Shown piece by piece: positions 11,926-27,955 of a DNA stretch of 64,000 nucleotides. Every line of letters starts with the position of its first letter. Within the stretch, counting starts at the first letter, position 1. A program made the translations under genes and the position numbers. Origin of the DNA: Eledone cirrhosa (taxonomy: Eukaryota); the NCBI GenBank assembly GCA_964016885.1, contig OZ024740.1:194556001-194620000 (forward strand). The letters are read 5' to 3'. A model generated the notes under the pieces. That model had not been told where the DNA came from and ran no database searches. It was given only the letters and a program-made list of their open reading frames with translations.

Positions 11926-14076
11926 GTATAAAAGAGAAAACACAGGTAAGCATTAAGAGAAGCATTTTATCCAGGTATTTACGACCGTTTCATTGGTAAG
12001 TGCAACCTTATATTGCTATACTGCAAATAACAGCCACTCAATTATAATTGTTGTTCACGTCCAAATTTTCAAAATAGTGAGTAAGTTACTCTTGAAATAG
12101 TTCTTAATATATAGAGAAAAACATTTTTGGGGAATTGTATTTATTAGTATAGAGAGGGATGAAGAGGAATTAGAAGGTGTGGGACAAACGGAATAGTATA
12201 GAGAGAGAGGAAGGGGGAGAAGTGTTAGGAAGTAGAGTGACAACTGAGATGGAGGGAAGGGTAGAGGTGGAAGGATTCTTTGATCAGTTTTGATATGTAG
12301 ACTTCATGTCGTCGTATGTAGTGAGTTAAAGAGAATTAAATTGATCATTATGGGAGGTATGGAGAGAGAGGAGGGAGATATAAAGAGATAAATATATATA
12401 TAAAAAATAAAGATAAAGATAATAATGACAAAAATAAAAGCAAAGAAGGGGGAGAAAGAAGAAAAGAAAAGATAACCAAAAAGGGGAGGGAAAGAAGAAA
12501 ACGAAGAAATAGAAGAGGAATGAAGGAGAAGGGAGGGATATAGGTATTGGTTTTTGTGGGTAATTAAAAGGGTTTAGATTCAATAAGAGGGTATATAGTC
12601 TAAGTATATGCAGTTTGTCAGTTGGTAGTAAGAGGTTAAGGGTTCGATTTGCACTTGTAGTGCGAAAACCTTTCTTTGGTTACAATAAATTGATCTTTCG
12701 ATTTTATTGTTGAGTAACTTATTCTTCGAACTCAAAATATGGAACAGCTCAAGGTCACATAATCGACAGCTTCTCATACCACTCCGATATGGGGGCGCGT
12801 TCGATAATTTGTTCCACTTCAGGGTGTATTGATGCTTACTTTCCCACAGTTGCCTGGTCTTGTTTGCAAGGGTAGTTACAAAACGAAGCTGGGAATGTTT
12901 CATTGCGTAACGGTGTGTATACCAACGGGCTTTAAATGTATTCCCAGTCACTCCGATGTAATACCATTTCTGGTTGTCTGATTCCACTGTGCATTGGTAA
13001 ACCAGTTTAGACTGCATACATTCATTATGTAATGGACAGGTTTCAGGTAGGTGGCAGTTACAATTCTTGTCATGGGCAACTTTGGCATTATTGGTGGGCT
13101 GCGATGCTTGTACAAGTGTTATGTTTTGTTTGCCTATTAGTGGGTGGTTGTGTATTAGATATTCTGTTGTGTTAAATGGTGATTGTATTGTTATTGTTGT
13201 AAATTTGTGTTCTGGTGTTGTTATGTATCTTTTTAGCGTTAAGCATCTTAATGTGTGCCTCTATATTTGGTGCCATGGAGTAAGATAGTCTAATAGATTT
13301 AGTGTTAAGGATTTTGCTGTATCTATGTGAATCTGGAAAGTGCTTATTTATTATTCTTAAGAATATAGAGGGTAGGTTAGTACTAATAGAGGTGTTAAAT
13401 ATGGGGTTATACCAAATATATGTTCTACTGCGAGACTTGTTTGATTTCGATGTTGTATTTCTATTTACCGTATACTTTGTAGTTCTCTGCGTAAGTGCGT
13501 GTGTGCGTGTGTTATGCGTGTTCGTGTGCGCTTTGCGGAGGCTTTCATCTATATATTCTACTCTATCTAAGTGGCCTGCCTTGTCTAATGCGGTATTGTA
13601 GTATTCTGCATGTTCCTCGAAGATTTGTCGGTTAGACGAGAGGCGGGAGATCCTAAGGGATATGCTGCGTGGAATTGATTTAATTATGATTAGTGGGTGG
13701 TTTGAGTTAGAGTTGATGTATGCTAAGTTTTCATTAATCTTGTGAAAAGATCTTATAAGTCCTGTATTAAGGTTAAGCGTCGCGTCTAGAAAGTTAACTG
13801 TTTTAGTGCTGTACTCATACGTTATGCTAAGGCCTAGTTTCCGAGAGTATTTCTAATATTCTTACGGAGTCTTTCTATGCTCTGGTCATTTAGGTTCTTA
13901 ACTAGGAGAAGGGCGTCGTCTCTGTAGATTCCACCGTGAAGGTCGCTAAACTCACTCTGTAAACTATGGGCTATGTAAATACCTACTACATCTGTGACTT
14001 GAGCCGAGTCGTTAGCCCCCATCGTGATGTCAAAGTTATTTAATCTATCCTTACGTTCCCAATAGGTTTTTTCAAA
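11926..14076 (-). mobile_element. 5'-truncated Naiad-type Penelope-like element
   Basis: ORF 13834-14082 has FDITMGANDSAQVTDVVG and YRDD; ORF 12580-13017 has YYIGVTGNTFKARWYTH and CRLC, preceded by CNCHLPETCPL. Confidence 0.9.
11974..12076 (-). ncRNA. Hammerhead variant with U3-A8 core and long stem II
   Basis: Minus strand tatt-TTGAAAA-t ttgg...ccaa t-GAAAC GGTC GTA-aata. Confidence 0.6.
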
Positions 14077-14878
<802 letters not shown>

Positions 14879-14918
14879 TATATATATATGTGCACATATA
14901 TATATATATATATATATT

Positions 14919-15071
<153 letters not shown>

Positions 15072-15103
15072 GCATATATATATATATTTATTTATGTGCA
15101 CAT

Positions 15104-15170
<67 letters not shown>

Positions 15171-15518
15171 AATTAATAGAGAGAAGCACACGAACGTAGC
15201 CAGTACAAATCAAGATAATCAATAACTGAAAGAGCACAATTCAAAGGATGCCATGATTTTATTATATCTATGTGAATTAAACAAACGTAAAGAACGAATA
15301 ACATAATCTGGAACATTTACCACAAGTTTACAAGTTATATTTATACAAAGGCGTAGCTATATGTTTAAGGAAATTGTTTCTCAACCATATAGTATCGGAT
15401 TCAATCGCGCTACCTGGCAAAATTGGCAACAACCTTCTACTATAGCTTCACCTAGACTGGTGCCTTCTTAGTGAAATATGATAATCACACACACACACAC
15501 ACACATATATATGATAAT

Positions 15519-15638
<120 letters not shown>

Positions 15639-15747
15639 CGCATATTTCAGACCAGACACCAACGCATATACACACTGGGAGGACCTTTAATTTAGAGTAT
15701 CTTCGTATCGAAGTCATTGTCATCATATATATATATATGTATGTGCA

Positions 15748-15809
<62 letters not shown>

Positions 15810-16227
15810 AATTCGTGTAAAATTGTATGCTAAAGAGAGATAGTTATATCTGTGTATATACAGGCTAATAATAATAGACATTGGGTAAATGTGTGCAAAA
15901 ATTTATACATTTTTAGTAAATTTTTTGAAATAGAGTTACAGTGAAATACTTATATTTGGCATGTTTATATGTCTTTATATTTAAAATGTGTATACATTAC
16001 ACAATCTCGTTTGCCTCTATTGTGTATAAATACAGATATAACTTCATCATATATTTCTTCTACTTAGCGCACAACAATATATATCTTAATTATTTTCGCT
16101 TTCTTTAGCTTCCTCAGTACGAAATATTTCGAGTCCATTAGATACAAATCAAGTCCCATTTATTATGGTTGATGAGGGAAGTAAAATTTGAGAAATCATG
16201 TAAAAGCAACTATACAATCATACTTAC

Positions 16228-16258
<31 letters not shown>

Positions 16259-16285
16259 CATACATACATACATACATACATACAT

Positions 16286-16344
<59 letters not shown>

Positions 16345-16759
16345 CACATATACTGGTCTTGTTAGTCCACAAGGGAGGCAGATCTCGGTATTGATAATAG
16401 GGTGTATATTATTTTATATATTTAGTTTCTTTCAACAGAGTTTTCTACAAAATGAGATGCGTATTCGCTAAGCTTCTCCAGTCAAGTAGTGTTTCCACGT
16501 CTTTCGTATATATAGTTTTTTGGTCGAGTTTGTAAGAAGACTTTGTGAGGTAGGGAGGTTTTGTGGGGTTAGTGTAGTAATTGTTAGGAGCATCATAGTA
16601 GTATAATTTGTTGTTGTAATTTGATATGGTAACACCACCACCCCACCCACACACACTTGTGTAAATATAAATATAGGAGGCGATCGATAAAATCCCAGAT
16701 TTCATTCGCTTACAGAGTTGGGTGGAGCTTGTCAAATCGGATAAGGAAACAATGTTTCC

Positions 16760-16925
16760 ATTGGTCATTCCATTTCTGGTAATGTCTCCCCGTCGCAACT
16801 CTGACAGAAGGTACAATGTAAAATAAAGTGTCTTGTTCAAGGACATAACGCAACGCCATATCCGGTAATCGGTCTTGTAATCTCACGATTGCGAATCAAA
16901 TTCTCTAACCACTAAGCCACACGCA
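16760..16925 (-). mobile_element. CORE-type SINE fragment
   Basis: Minus strand TGGCTTAGTGGTTAGAG and GTCCTTGAACAAGACACTTTATTT. Confidence 0.65.
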
Positions 16926-16929
16926 GTAC

Positions 16930-17400
16930 GAGGAAAATATCTTACTCTGCTACACTTCAGCTGAAAACCGAAAGAAACAATAGCAAACCAAAACCTTACC
17001 AACAATAGCAAATATACTTTCACCAACAATTCTCTCTGACCTTTAAATTTAAGCTGCCTCACTGAGTATGTAGCCATACGAATGCCAAGTCACTGGTCCT
17101 TCCCCCACAAAATATAGGCCTTACCACTAACGTGTTCAACACTCGCTTCAACGAAAACAAATTCTCTTTAAGACATAAGTTTAAACGATAGACCATATCC
17201 ATCTCAAGTTATTTATGGGAATCGAAGGACAAAAATAACCATTACGATCTGAAATATTACTTATAAAAGTGTCACTCCAACATAGATGCTCAGACAGATT
17301 ATACTCATACAACCACAAAGTTTTTAAGAAATTCCAGCATTTCAAATCCACATCCTACCATTAACAACCCCCTCAACGTAACTCTTTGCTGCAAACATGG
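16930..17400 (+). pseudogene. Decayed Naiad-type GIY-YIG fragment
   Basis: Remnants FNTRFNENKFSLRH and SISSYLWESKD. Confidence 0.5.
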
Positions 17401-18019
17401 CGTCCGACCCTCTACCGATACTGCCAATCCACAAATAATAAAATACAATCTCAGATACATAGCATACGTACCCGAACCTCAGCAAAATATCATATAACAA
17501 CACCTGAAATGTATAACCAGTATCAACACTAATAATCAGACATCTAACATTCAATAATTAATTATGGAATAATCATTTAACTATGCATAATACCAAACCA
17601 CCCCAGCTTCCTACATAAATTAAATAGACGACAGATCTTTTAGATTTCTGCTTTTTATGAACCTGTGAAATTTTCTTTAAAAATTAGATATATTTAATTG
17701 TACAATTTCCATAAAAACCAAAGTCTAAAATATCCAAATTTAACTCAAGTAAAAAAACGATATGATCAAATCAAACGTTACCTAACATCACAAGTAAAAA
17801 TGATAAGGTGACTTATATATACCTAACTCCACTTCACATTAAGTTTATAACAAATATATAGCAAGAACAAACATTTCATTGAAACCCGTACTAAAATTTC
17901 AATTAAGATGTTCAAGTATAACTTAAATAATATTTAATAAATAAAGAAAGGAAAAGAAAGATATAGATGTCTCGACCCTAATTATACAATTAATAATTAA
18001 ATAATTTAAAATTCAACCG

Positions 18020-18436
18020 TGCCAACCAATACCTATGATTATGAATCTTGTGTAATTCTTCGCGAATACAATCGGCCGAAATGGGGTTCTCCGAAGTGTC
18101 TTTGAAGTAGCGTTTCTCGATAGAGTATAAAGATTGGAGCCTCAAATTCCAGGAAGAGCTGCTACTTATCCGAATTGAGAAATCACAGCTCCGATACTGT
18201 GGATAGAATGTCTCAGGAAATAATCGCTGGACAGATTTTACGGGCCAAACCAACCGACAGGAGACCTAGTGATAGACACTAAGGCATTTGGTTGAATAAC
18301 AAACATGAGCTTAGCTGGTCATGCTTGGACCAATTGGAGGCGGTTAGTTCTGACAGGACCAACTAGAAGGAGTTTCTGAGGAATCTACCCATCGACCCTC
18401 GGAGGAATAAGTGGGAGAAGATGAAGAAAAGAAGAA
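18020..18436 (+). pseudogene. RTE-like LINE 3' end
   Basis: VDRMSQEIIAGQIL...RRP remnants and a GAAGAT/GAA-type tail; homologous to minus-strand 47930-48270. Confidence 0.55.
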
Positions 18437-18509
18437 CCGTTCTAACAAACCTCAAGTAAACAAAAATCAAAAACGAAATGCACAACCACACTCGCACACG
18501 ATAATATAA

Positions 18510-18578
<69 letters not shown>

Positions 18579-18762
18579 TTTTATATATATTATATATATT
18601 ATATATAATATATATATTATATATAATATATATATATATATAATATATTTTATATATATATATATATATATAATATATATATAATAATATAAAATATATT
18701 ATATATATATAATATATATATATTATATAAAATAAATTATATACATATAATATATAAGTATA

Positions 18763-18935
18763 TAGAGTCGGACGCCATGCTTTCCAGCATAGTTACGTCC
18801 GTTTACGATCTAAGTTCAAAGCCAGCCGAGGTTGACTTTGCCTTTCATCCTTACGGGGTCGATAAAATAAAGTACCAGTAATACACTGAGTAATTGCTGG
18901 CCTTGTGCCGAAAGTAGAAACAATTATATTATTAT

Positions 18936-18994
<59 letters not shown>

Positions 18995-19165
18995 CTACAT
19001 TTGGCACAAGGCCAGCAATTACCCAGTGTATTACTGGTACTTTACTTTATCGACCTCGAAAGGATGAAAGGCAAAGTTAACCTCGGTGGGATTTGAACTC
19101 AGAATGGCAAGGACCGTAACTCTATGCGTCAAAGCATGGTGTCCGACCCTATACCGATACTGACA
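18763..19165. mobile_element. Two family-1 SINEs in tail-to-tail orientation around (TA)n
   Basis: Plus copy 18763-18925, minus copy 18992-19165; a further minus copy at 19535-19678. Confidence 0.8.
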
Positions 19166-19177
19166 AAATCCTGCGCA

Positions 19178-19331
<154 letters not shown>

Positions 19332-19406
19332 TATATATATTTATTAAAATAACAGATAAAAGTTTAGGCAAAAATCCCTGCTTTCACCCTTAACGGGATC
19401 TTCTGA

Positions 19407-19454
<48 letters not shown>

Positions 19455-19474
19455 TCAAATAATATAATATATAT

Positions 19475-19525
<51 letters not shown>

Positions 19526-19676
19526 ATAATAATATAATTGTTTATACTTTCGGCACAAGGCCAGCAAATACCAAGTGTATTACTGGTACTTTATTTTATC
19601 GACCCCGTAAGGATGAAAGGCAAAGTTAACCTCGGCAGGATTTGAACTCAGAATGGCAAGGGCCGTAACTCTATGC

Positions 19677-19821
<145 letters not shown>

Positions 19822-20784
19822 ATATATTATATATATATGTGTGTTTAATGGCAGCTATGATCTTCCATAGGCGGTATGCCAGTTGAGCACACTATGTTCT
19901 TACAGAGCAGAGTGTGATATAATATAAAACGTAAAATAAGTGATGCATCTGGACTCAATTTATTGTGTGCTACAATTGTTTCGCTGGCAGACAGCTCGAG
20001 ACACGATCAATGTATGGATCTGCCTGATTCCCGAAATGCAGGTTCTTCAGACACTGGCAATAATTTCGGAACAAATTTTCTCACTGGGGTGTTAGCTTCA
20101 AAAAACACCTTCCTCGCTTGTCCTGATGTTGGCTGTTGTTTTCTACGTCATCATAAATTCTGGTCAATAGTTGCTGCCACACTGCCCATCAGCTACTCTC
20201 CGTCCGACACACTTCAATGAATTCATGTTGGGTTTGGTATTTCACAAGTCCACTCACACACACATATACACACATACATACATACATATAAACACACCCG
20301 CGCACTCACACATATGTATACATGCACATATATATATACACACATATGTATATACACACCCATATACATATACACACACTCTCACATACACACACACACA
20401 CGGCTACCACCATATAACCAACAACATGCGCGGCTACAGACGCCTGCCTACATGCCCTCGTACATCAGCTCTCACGCGCACGCACACAAGTACACAAGCG
20501 CACACACAAACACACATATACAAGGACAAACACATGCGTACGCGTACATCTACTCATATACATAAACATGTACAGACATATACATAGGCACGCGTACGCA
20601 CACACACACGCCTGTCCGTATAGAGAGGCACAAACACAGACACGCTCCCAGACACACATATACACACACATATATAAATATATATATACATATATGTGTA
20701 TGTACACACACATAAACGTATCCACAACAACCCCATACCCTAAGTTAGGTGCACGTACACACGCACAGACACACAACACACACA

Positions 20785-20819
<35 letters not shown>

Positions 20820-21062
20820 GCTCATATACATTCAAACAAATACCCGCCTAATTACCCCCGTGCCCACGTACATCTACATAGATACATACACGCATGCATA
20901 TATCTGTCCGTACTCAAATGTGATATACTCAGAGTCATATAAATCTGCACAAAAGGTCATACAGGGTCTTCCATGAAAGGATGCATCTTGTTATACATGA
21001 ATAAATATAAACAATGTAACCAAATACATACATACACATTCATGCATGCATACATATACACA

Positions 21063-21093
<31 letters not shown>

Positions 21094-21193
21094 GTAAATA
21101 GAAAAATAAATGAATGTAGATATCTATATACATACATATACATACATATATATATATAATATATATATTTATATATATAATATATATATATAT

Positions 21194-21680
21194 GTAGAAG
21201 TTCTATTTAAATTGTTGGGATACAACAAGCAAATATTTTTATAACTGATATAAAGCAGTCAACAAATAATTGGAGTAAAAATACGATATTAACACATGGA
21301 AACTATATTTATAAAACCATATTTATTTCATTATACATATTTCAAGGAGACCAAGTTAAATTATGGTGTGCTTTCATCAGATAAAATATAATATAGAGCA
21401 GTTTTAGAAATAAATATTGACATACCCTTAAAGAATGCGACCATTACTGTTGGAAGCTCCCGGGAGCTTCCAACAGTAATAGTCGCATTCTTTAAGGGTA
21501 TGTCAATATTTATTTATAAATTCAATACGGCTTAATACGGGATGTTTGTTTACAAACACACCGAACATTATAATAAATGTTCGGTGAATCCATACGTACA
21601 TATATATATGTGTGCATGTATGTATATATATATACATACTACTGTACGTCTGTATACATATTTGTATGTACGTGTACATA

Positions 21681-21685
<5 letters not shown>
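21194..21685. mobile_element. Composite: family C hammerhead fold-back joined to a family R fragment
   Basis: Minus-strand hammerhead near 21322-21388; palindrome centre GAAGCTCCCGGGAGCTTC near 21461; 21525-21685 matches 14306-14470. Confidence 0.8.
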
Positions 21686-21729
<44 letters not shown>

Positions 21730-21799
21730 AAATAAATACACACACACACACATACACATACACACATATATACATATATATATACACACATATATATAG

Positions 21800-21884
<85 letters not shown>

Positions 21885-22059
21885 TACACACCCACATATA
21901 TATACATACACATCTATAAAGAACCTCAAGTTTACTCAAATATACATCTAACGTGATACATTAAAAGATGTATCTCGTACTAAACATGTACAAATATAAA
22001 CATTATAATCATATACATACATTCATACACATTCACGTAACATATACATATATATATAT

Positions 22060-22113
<54 letters not shown>

Positions 22114-22117
<4 letters not shown>

Positions 22118-22311
22118 AAGTTTTAATATAGATGAGATTCTACAGGACTAGAACTGTTTCATTCTTTAGAAATCATAGGATTCCTGATGATTTCTAAAGA
22201 ATGAAACAGTTCTAGTCCTGTAGAATCTCATCTATATTAAAACTTTTATACTCTGCAATGATTTGAGTACCTTACTTACTGTGGTTACCTCCGATTCAAC
22301 CCGGAATAACG

Positions 22312-22315
<4 letters not shown>
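22114..22315. mobile_element. Mini fold-back with hammerhead-like motif
   Basis: Centre near 22180; CTGATGA at 22184, GAAAC at 22203, GTC at 22215; tail of about 65 nt. Confidence 0.75.
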
Positions 22316-22358
<43 letters not shown>

Positions 22359-22455
22359 CCGATATAAATGACACAGAAGCGAAAACCAACCAAACAGTGA
22401 GTGTGTTCTGTTATTAATTCTGGCAATATTATTACACAAATATGGCCCTCCCCAA

Positions 22456-22510
<55 letters not shown>

Positions 22511-23077
22511 TACATACACACACACACATATATACGTATATACACACATACGCTTACACATATATACTCATATAAAAGCAACAATAAAATAAAAATGCAA
22601 TATGCAGTAAAATAGATATATAATAAAATAAATATACAATACATCCATACACATTCACGTAACATATACATATGGAACATCGCCTGAGCCGGGACAGGTT
22701 GACCCGGATTCCACGGTCGCTCAGTCAAGTACCTTACACCTATAGGACAACACACCTCAACCACAATGACATACCCCCAATATGACCCGGCTACGCGCCC
22801 CCATGCATGTGTACCTTTTCAATCGTGAATACATACTCTCCACGTGCTCCATTTTGGAATATATATTATTTGTTCCGTACACAGACCTAAGTGTGCATCT
22901 CATACTCCCCATATGTAATATTTCGCACGCATACATGTACCTTTCCCTTTCTCCTTTCTTTTTCTTATATATCTCTATGTGACGTTATATGCATATTTTA
23001 ATATATTGTATATTTATATTATTGTTTTATATGCGTGTATATGCGTAGACGTGTGTGTATATATATGTATGTGTGTG

Positions 23078-23112
<35 letters not shown>

Positions 23113-23118
<6 letters not shown>

Positions 23119-24197
23119 AAATACGTCCCTCATCAGTGATTTGCCGAAGATCATAGATATTTCATTGCATTAAAAATCATATATCTCACTTCGGTGCAAT
23201 AATAACCAAAATAAGTTATTAGGACAATTAAAACGCGTAAAGCGAGTGAGACAGGAGAACAACAGAAAATATAGCATACCGTGGGGGAGAAACAAGCTTC
23301 AAAAATTATTCTGTTTAGCGTAAGCTAGGTGAATATATGAGCGCTTAGAGAATAGTACCAGCATGAACGAAGGCCATTGAGCAGAGAGAGAAAAAATAGC
23401 GTTCGTGAGTGCAGGATGAAATGAAGAGAAGAGGGAGAAAAACAGTGAGTGAGTGAAAGTGTGAGGAAGAGTTAACGGACAAGACAGAGGGGGAGAAACA
23501 GAGAGAATGGGGGAACAGTAAGAGAGAGAGAAAAAAACACAGAATCGCAGTGGTTAATATATGTATTAAAATATAGAGAAAAATACTGCAGGTAGCACAT
23601 GGTAACATGTAATAAAATACGTCCCTCATCAGTGATTTGCCGAAGATCATAGATATTTCATTGCATTAAAAATCATATATCTCACTTCGGTGCAATAATA
23701 ACCAAAATAAGTTATTAGGACAGTTAAAACGCGTAAAGCGAGTGAGACAGGAGAACAACAGAAAATATAGCATACCGTGGGGGAGGTCCGTTAACTCTTC
23801 CTCACACTTTCACTCACTCACTGTTTTTCTCCCTCTTCTCTTCATTTCATCCTGCACTCACGAACGCTATTTTTTCTCTCTCTGCTCAATGGCCTTCGTT
23901 CATGCTGGTACTATTCTCTAAGCGCTCATATATTCACCTAGCTTACGCGAAACAGAATAATTTTTGAAGCTTGTTTCTCCCCCACGGTATGCTATATTTT
24001 CTGTTGTTCTCCTGTCTCACTCGCTTTACGCGTTTTAATTTTCCTAATAACTTATTTTGGTTATTATTGCACCGAAGTGAGATATATGATTTTTAATGCA
24101 ATGAAATATCTATGATCTTCGGCAAATCACTGATGAGGGACGTATCTTATTACATGTTACCATGTGCTACCTGCAGTATTTTTCTCTATATTTTAAT
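23113..24197. mobile_element. Tandem (period about 496 nt) plus inverted non-coding unit
   Basis: 23113-23289 is repeated from 23610; inversion at about 23786; (TA)n on both sides. Confidence 0.8.
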
Positions 24198-24215
24198 ATA
24201 TATATATATATATAT

Positions 24216-24979
24216 AGTATGCTAGGGAAAGGATCAGGGGTGTATAACACTCCACTTATCCAGCAGGCAGTATGAGGTTAGCTCAATGTCTGAGGACAGA
24301 GCCGTAATATAATAAATAACAAAGAACGCTTATAGCATATGCATATCTTTACTTGCTAACATTGTTTCATCCGCACTATAAGTGGGACTCATCAGAGCAT
24401 AAAGGTTAATTACATACCATACAAGCAATAACAAATCCAAGACATTGAAGAATGAAAGGTAATAATAGACGATAAAGGATAAGAATAAAAATAAAAGTAA
24501 AAATAAAAATAAAAATAAAAATAAAAATAAAAATAAAAATAAAAATAAAAATAAAGGGTGCTATCAGTCACAGTTGGGCGGGGTGCCGTCAACATATAGT
24601 TACATACAAGCATACACATGGATAAGAGAACACACAAGAGTAGACACATGGATAAGAGAACAGACAAGAGTAGATAAGATAATGGGATTAGGTAAGAGTA
24701 GGTAAAAAATAGGTAAAAAATAGGTGAAAAACAGACTTATAATATATATAAAAAGAAATACAAAGAAATACATAACAAACTTACATATAAAATATAGGGT
24801 AAGGAATGAGATAAAATAATATAAAATTAAAAATTAAAAATTATATACATAGAACATAATATAATATAATCGTAAAATAAGATAAAATAAGGTAAACTAA
24901 AATCAAATAACATAGACTAAATTAAAATAATATAATATAAGATATAATTAAATGTATAATTAAATGTAATTAAATGTAA

Positions 24980-25019
<40 letters not shown>

Positions 25020-27208
25020 AAATTAAGAATTAAATAAATAAATAAAATTTAAATTTAAATTTTAAAATTTAAATTTAAATTTAAATTTAAATAAATAAAT
25101 AAATAAATAAATGGAGTCAAGTAAGTAAATAAATAAAATTAGATAACATGAAATGAAATAAAATAAAATGAAATAAAGTAAATTGAGATAAGATATATAT
25201 TTTTTTTTTTAGAATATATCTCTTGAATATATCAGGGGCCCACGAAGGCACTAAGTGTCACAGTTATGCGTATCACTTGACCAATTTTTTAAAATATATT
25301 TCTTGAAAACATCAGGGGCCCACGAAGGCACTAAGTGTCACAGTCACCAGTATCACTTGACCATTGCAAGGCAATGGAGGCGTCCCAGGTTGGGCAGTCT
25401 CGAAAGTTCACTCGAAAGTCATGGGTGTGCATTCACACAGTTGAGCGGTGGGGTAATCACAAACCGGTTCACACACGGGCAGGAGTCCAATGGTCAGAGA
25501 GAGGTGCATCGAAGTAGGTAGAAGAATTCACATGCATTAGCAAGCAAGGTGAGGCGGGCCAAAGCAAGCAGACACAGTTGTAGCGCATACAAAATATATA
25601 TAAAAAGACAGAAGATATATAAAAAATAGCTTCAGGAGCCATTAAGTCACCGCATTGGGACATCACAAGATTGTACACATCAATATGTTCAGCACGTATA
25701 TGCACGTATACACACCACATGCATATGCAGAGACGGTATACATATATATATATATATTTTTTTTTATATATACAGACACATATAACCACCTACACCCATA
25801 CACATATAAATGTATACACGGACACACACGCACACACACACAGCGTAGGACACACGGGTCAAAGCCGATATTAAATACGATATTAAACACCGAAATACCA
25901 CATTAGACCAGACCCACCACCACAGGTAATATATTCAAAACAAATACATACGATGAGATGTAGAAAAATAAAGTTGAAATCCTACGGAGATATTCATGTC
26001 TGCACGTGCCATTGACCGATTCGAGTGTACACAGACCGTTAGTAACTACGGAGGGCCATCGGGGCCAAAACGTTACTTTCGGGATCATAAAAACGACCGT
26101 CAATATATGGAAGGCCGATCGTGCTAGAAAGACTACAACCCCGGGTAAGAGCTCCCAGAGGTCAGCCTTTAGATCTTGAACCACAGAATATGAGGGCAAC
26201 ACGTATATGCGCCACGTATCCACTGCTTACGGCAGGATGGCACGGGTCCGCCCACAGTTACAGGCTAAATTTCTACTAGTGCAGCCTAAATCGCAGTACA
26301 CGCTTTACATAAATACATTACATCACAACTCATGCGCATACAGAGGTACAGATCAACAAGATATACGTCAGGATAGGTCCACCAATGCACTAATGGTGGG
26401 TAGGCCAGCGTGGATGGGTTACATCCACTGTGCCAAACAGGGGTGCTTATTAACATACACTCCCCTGCACACCCCAATATCAAGATCAATATCCTCCCAC
26501 AGGCATACGTATACATTCACAGACTCGTATACATAGACGGCCAACAATAGGAGACAGTTACACACAGTCAGAGACAGTTACACAAGACAGCCCAACTGGA
26601 GGAATAAGGACGTGCTAGCTAACAGGTTTAAAGTAGAAGAAAGAGCTTAATATTCGGTGGGGGCAAGAGGAAAAAATTTCAGACTTTCTATTTAGTAGAG
26701 GGCATTTAGCAAATATAATAGAGTGGGATTCGGCAAGGCACAGGTTACATACTCTACTATGAGGAGTATATGGATGGGATTTAGCAACCTGCCGCCAAGT
26801 AAGTGTGAAAGGTGTTCGTGCATTTTTTAAATTATGGACGTACGCTGCCAAAGAGGTGGAGTTCCTCAGTTTATTATGTCTAAAAGTGCATTGATGAGAG
26901 TTAAACCTGGTCTTAAAGGGGGTGGAAGTTGATCCTATATAGGTCATAGTGAACGCCGTAGTTACCACATCACACGCATAAACTATGTTTCTAACAAGGC
27001 AGAAACCATTCAGGGGGCAGCCTGAAGCCCTTCTACAGTTACAACCTCTGGTGATGCTATTCTCAGAAAGATCACCACCAGTGTTTCTGCCCACTCCATC
27101 CACTACCGTGTTTTCCCCTAGGCTTAGGTTGTCCAGGCCTTCCTTTATTTTCTTATTATTAGTAATGGCCAGATGAGAGGCCAGATTTTGGGTTGTAGAA
27201 TACGAAAG

Positions 27209-27209
<1 letters not shown>
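24216..27209 (-). mobile_element. 3' part of a Naiad-type PLE with a long 3' non-coding region
   Basis: ORF 26615-27103 has CNCRRASGCPL, YIGSTSTPFKTRFNSH and LNRKSE...CPH; same-strand hammerhead near the (TA)n end. Continuity across 24400-26600 is inferred. Confidence 0.75.
24354..24399 (-). ncRNA. Type I hammerhead ribozyme
   Basis: Minus strand tgct-CTGATGA-gtcc cac ttata gtg c ggat-GAAAC AAT GTT-agca. Confidence 0.9.
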
Positions 27210-27248
<39 letters not shown>

Positions 27249-27250
<2 letters not shown>

Positions 27251-27470
27251 CGAAGGAAATGTGGTAAGGAACCAGGTGGACCATAACTCACCAAAGTACT
27301 CAATACTTAGGGTAGTAGAGTGGGTAATAGGAACGAGTAGGACCCCGACGGTTGAGCCCAAGCCGTTTCGACAGCTAATTCTGGACTAAAAAAAAAAAAT
27401 TTTTTTTTTTAGTCCAGAATTAGCCGTTGAAACGGCTTGAGCTCAGCCGTCGGGGTCCTACTCGTTCCTA
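27249..27470. mobile_element. Mini fold-back, family D, long arm on the left
   Basis: Arms meet at an A12/T11 centre (27388-27410). Confidence 0.85.
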
Positions 27471-27479
27471 TATTTATAT

Positions 27480-27950
<471 letters not shown>

Positions 27951-27955
<5 letters not shown>

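Noticed and set aside
16380-16750. 133-aa minus ORF with a faint PLE RT resemblance
   Set aside because: Too degenerate to assign by eye.
18763-19165. Inverted SINE pair as part of the fold-back system
   Set aside because: The geometry is opposite (3' ends point inward at one TA tract) and is explained by independent SINE insertions.
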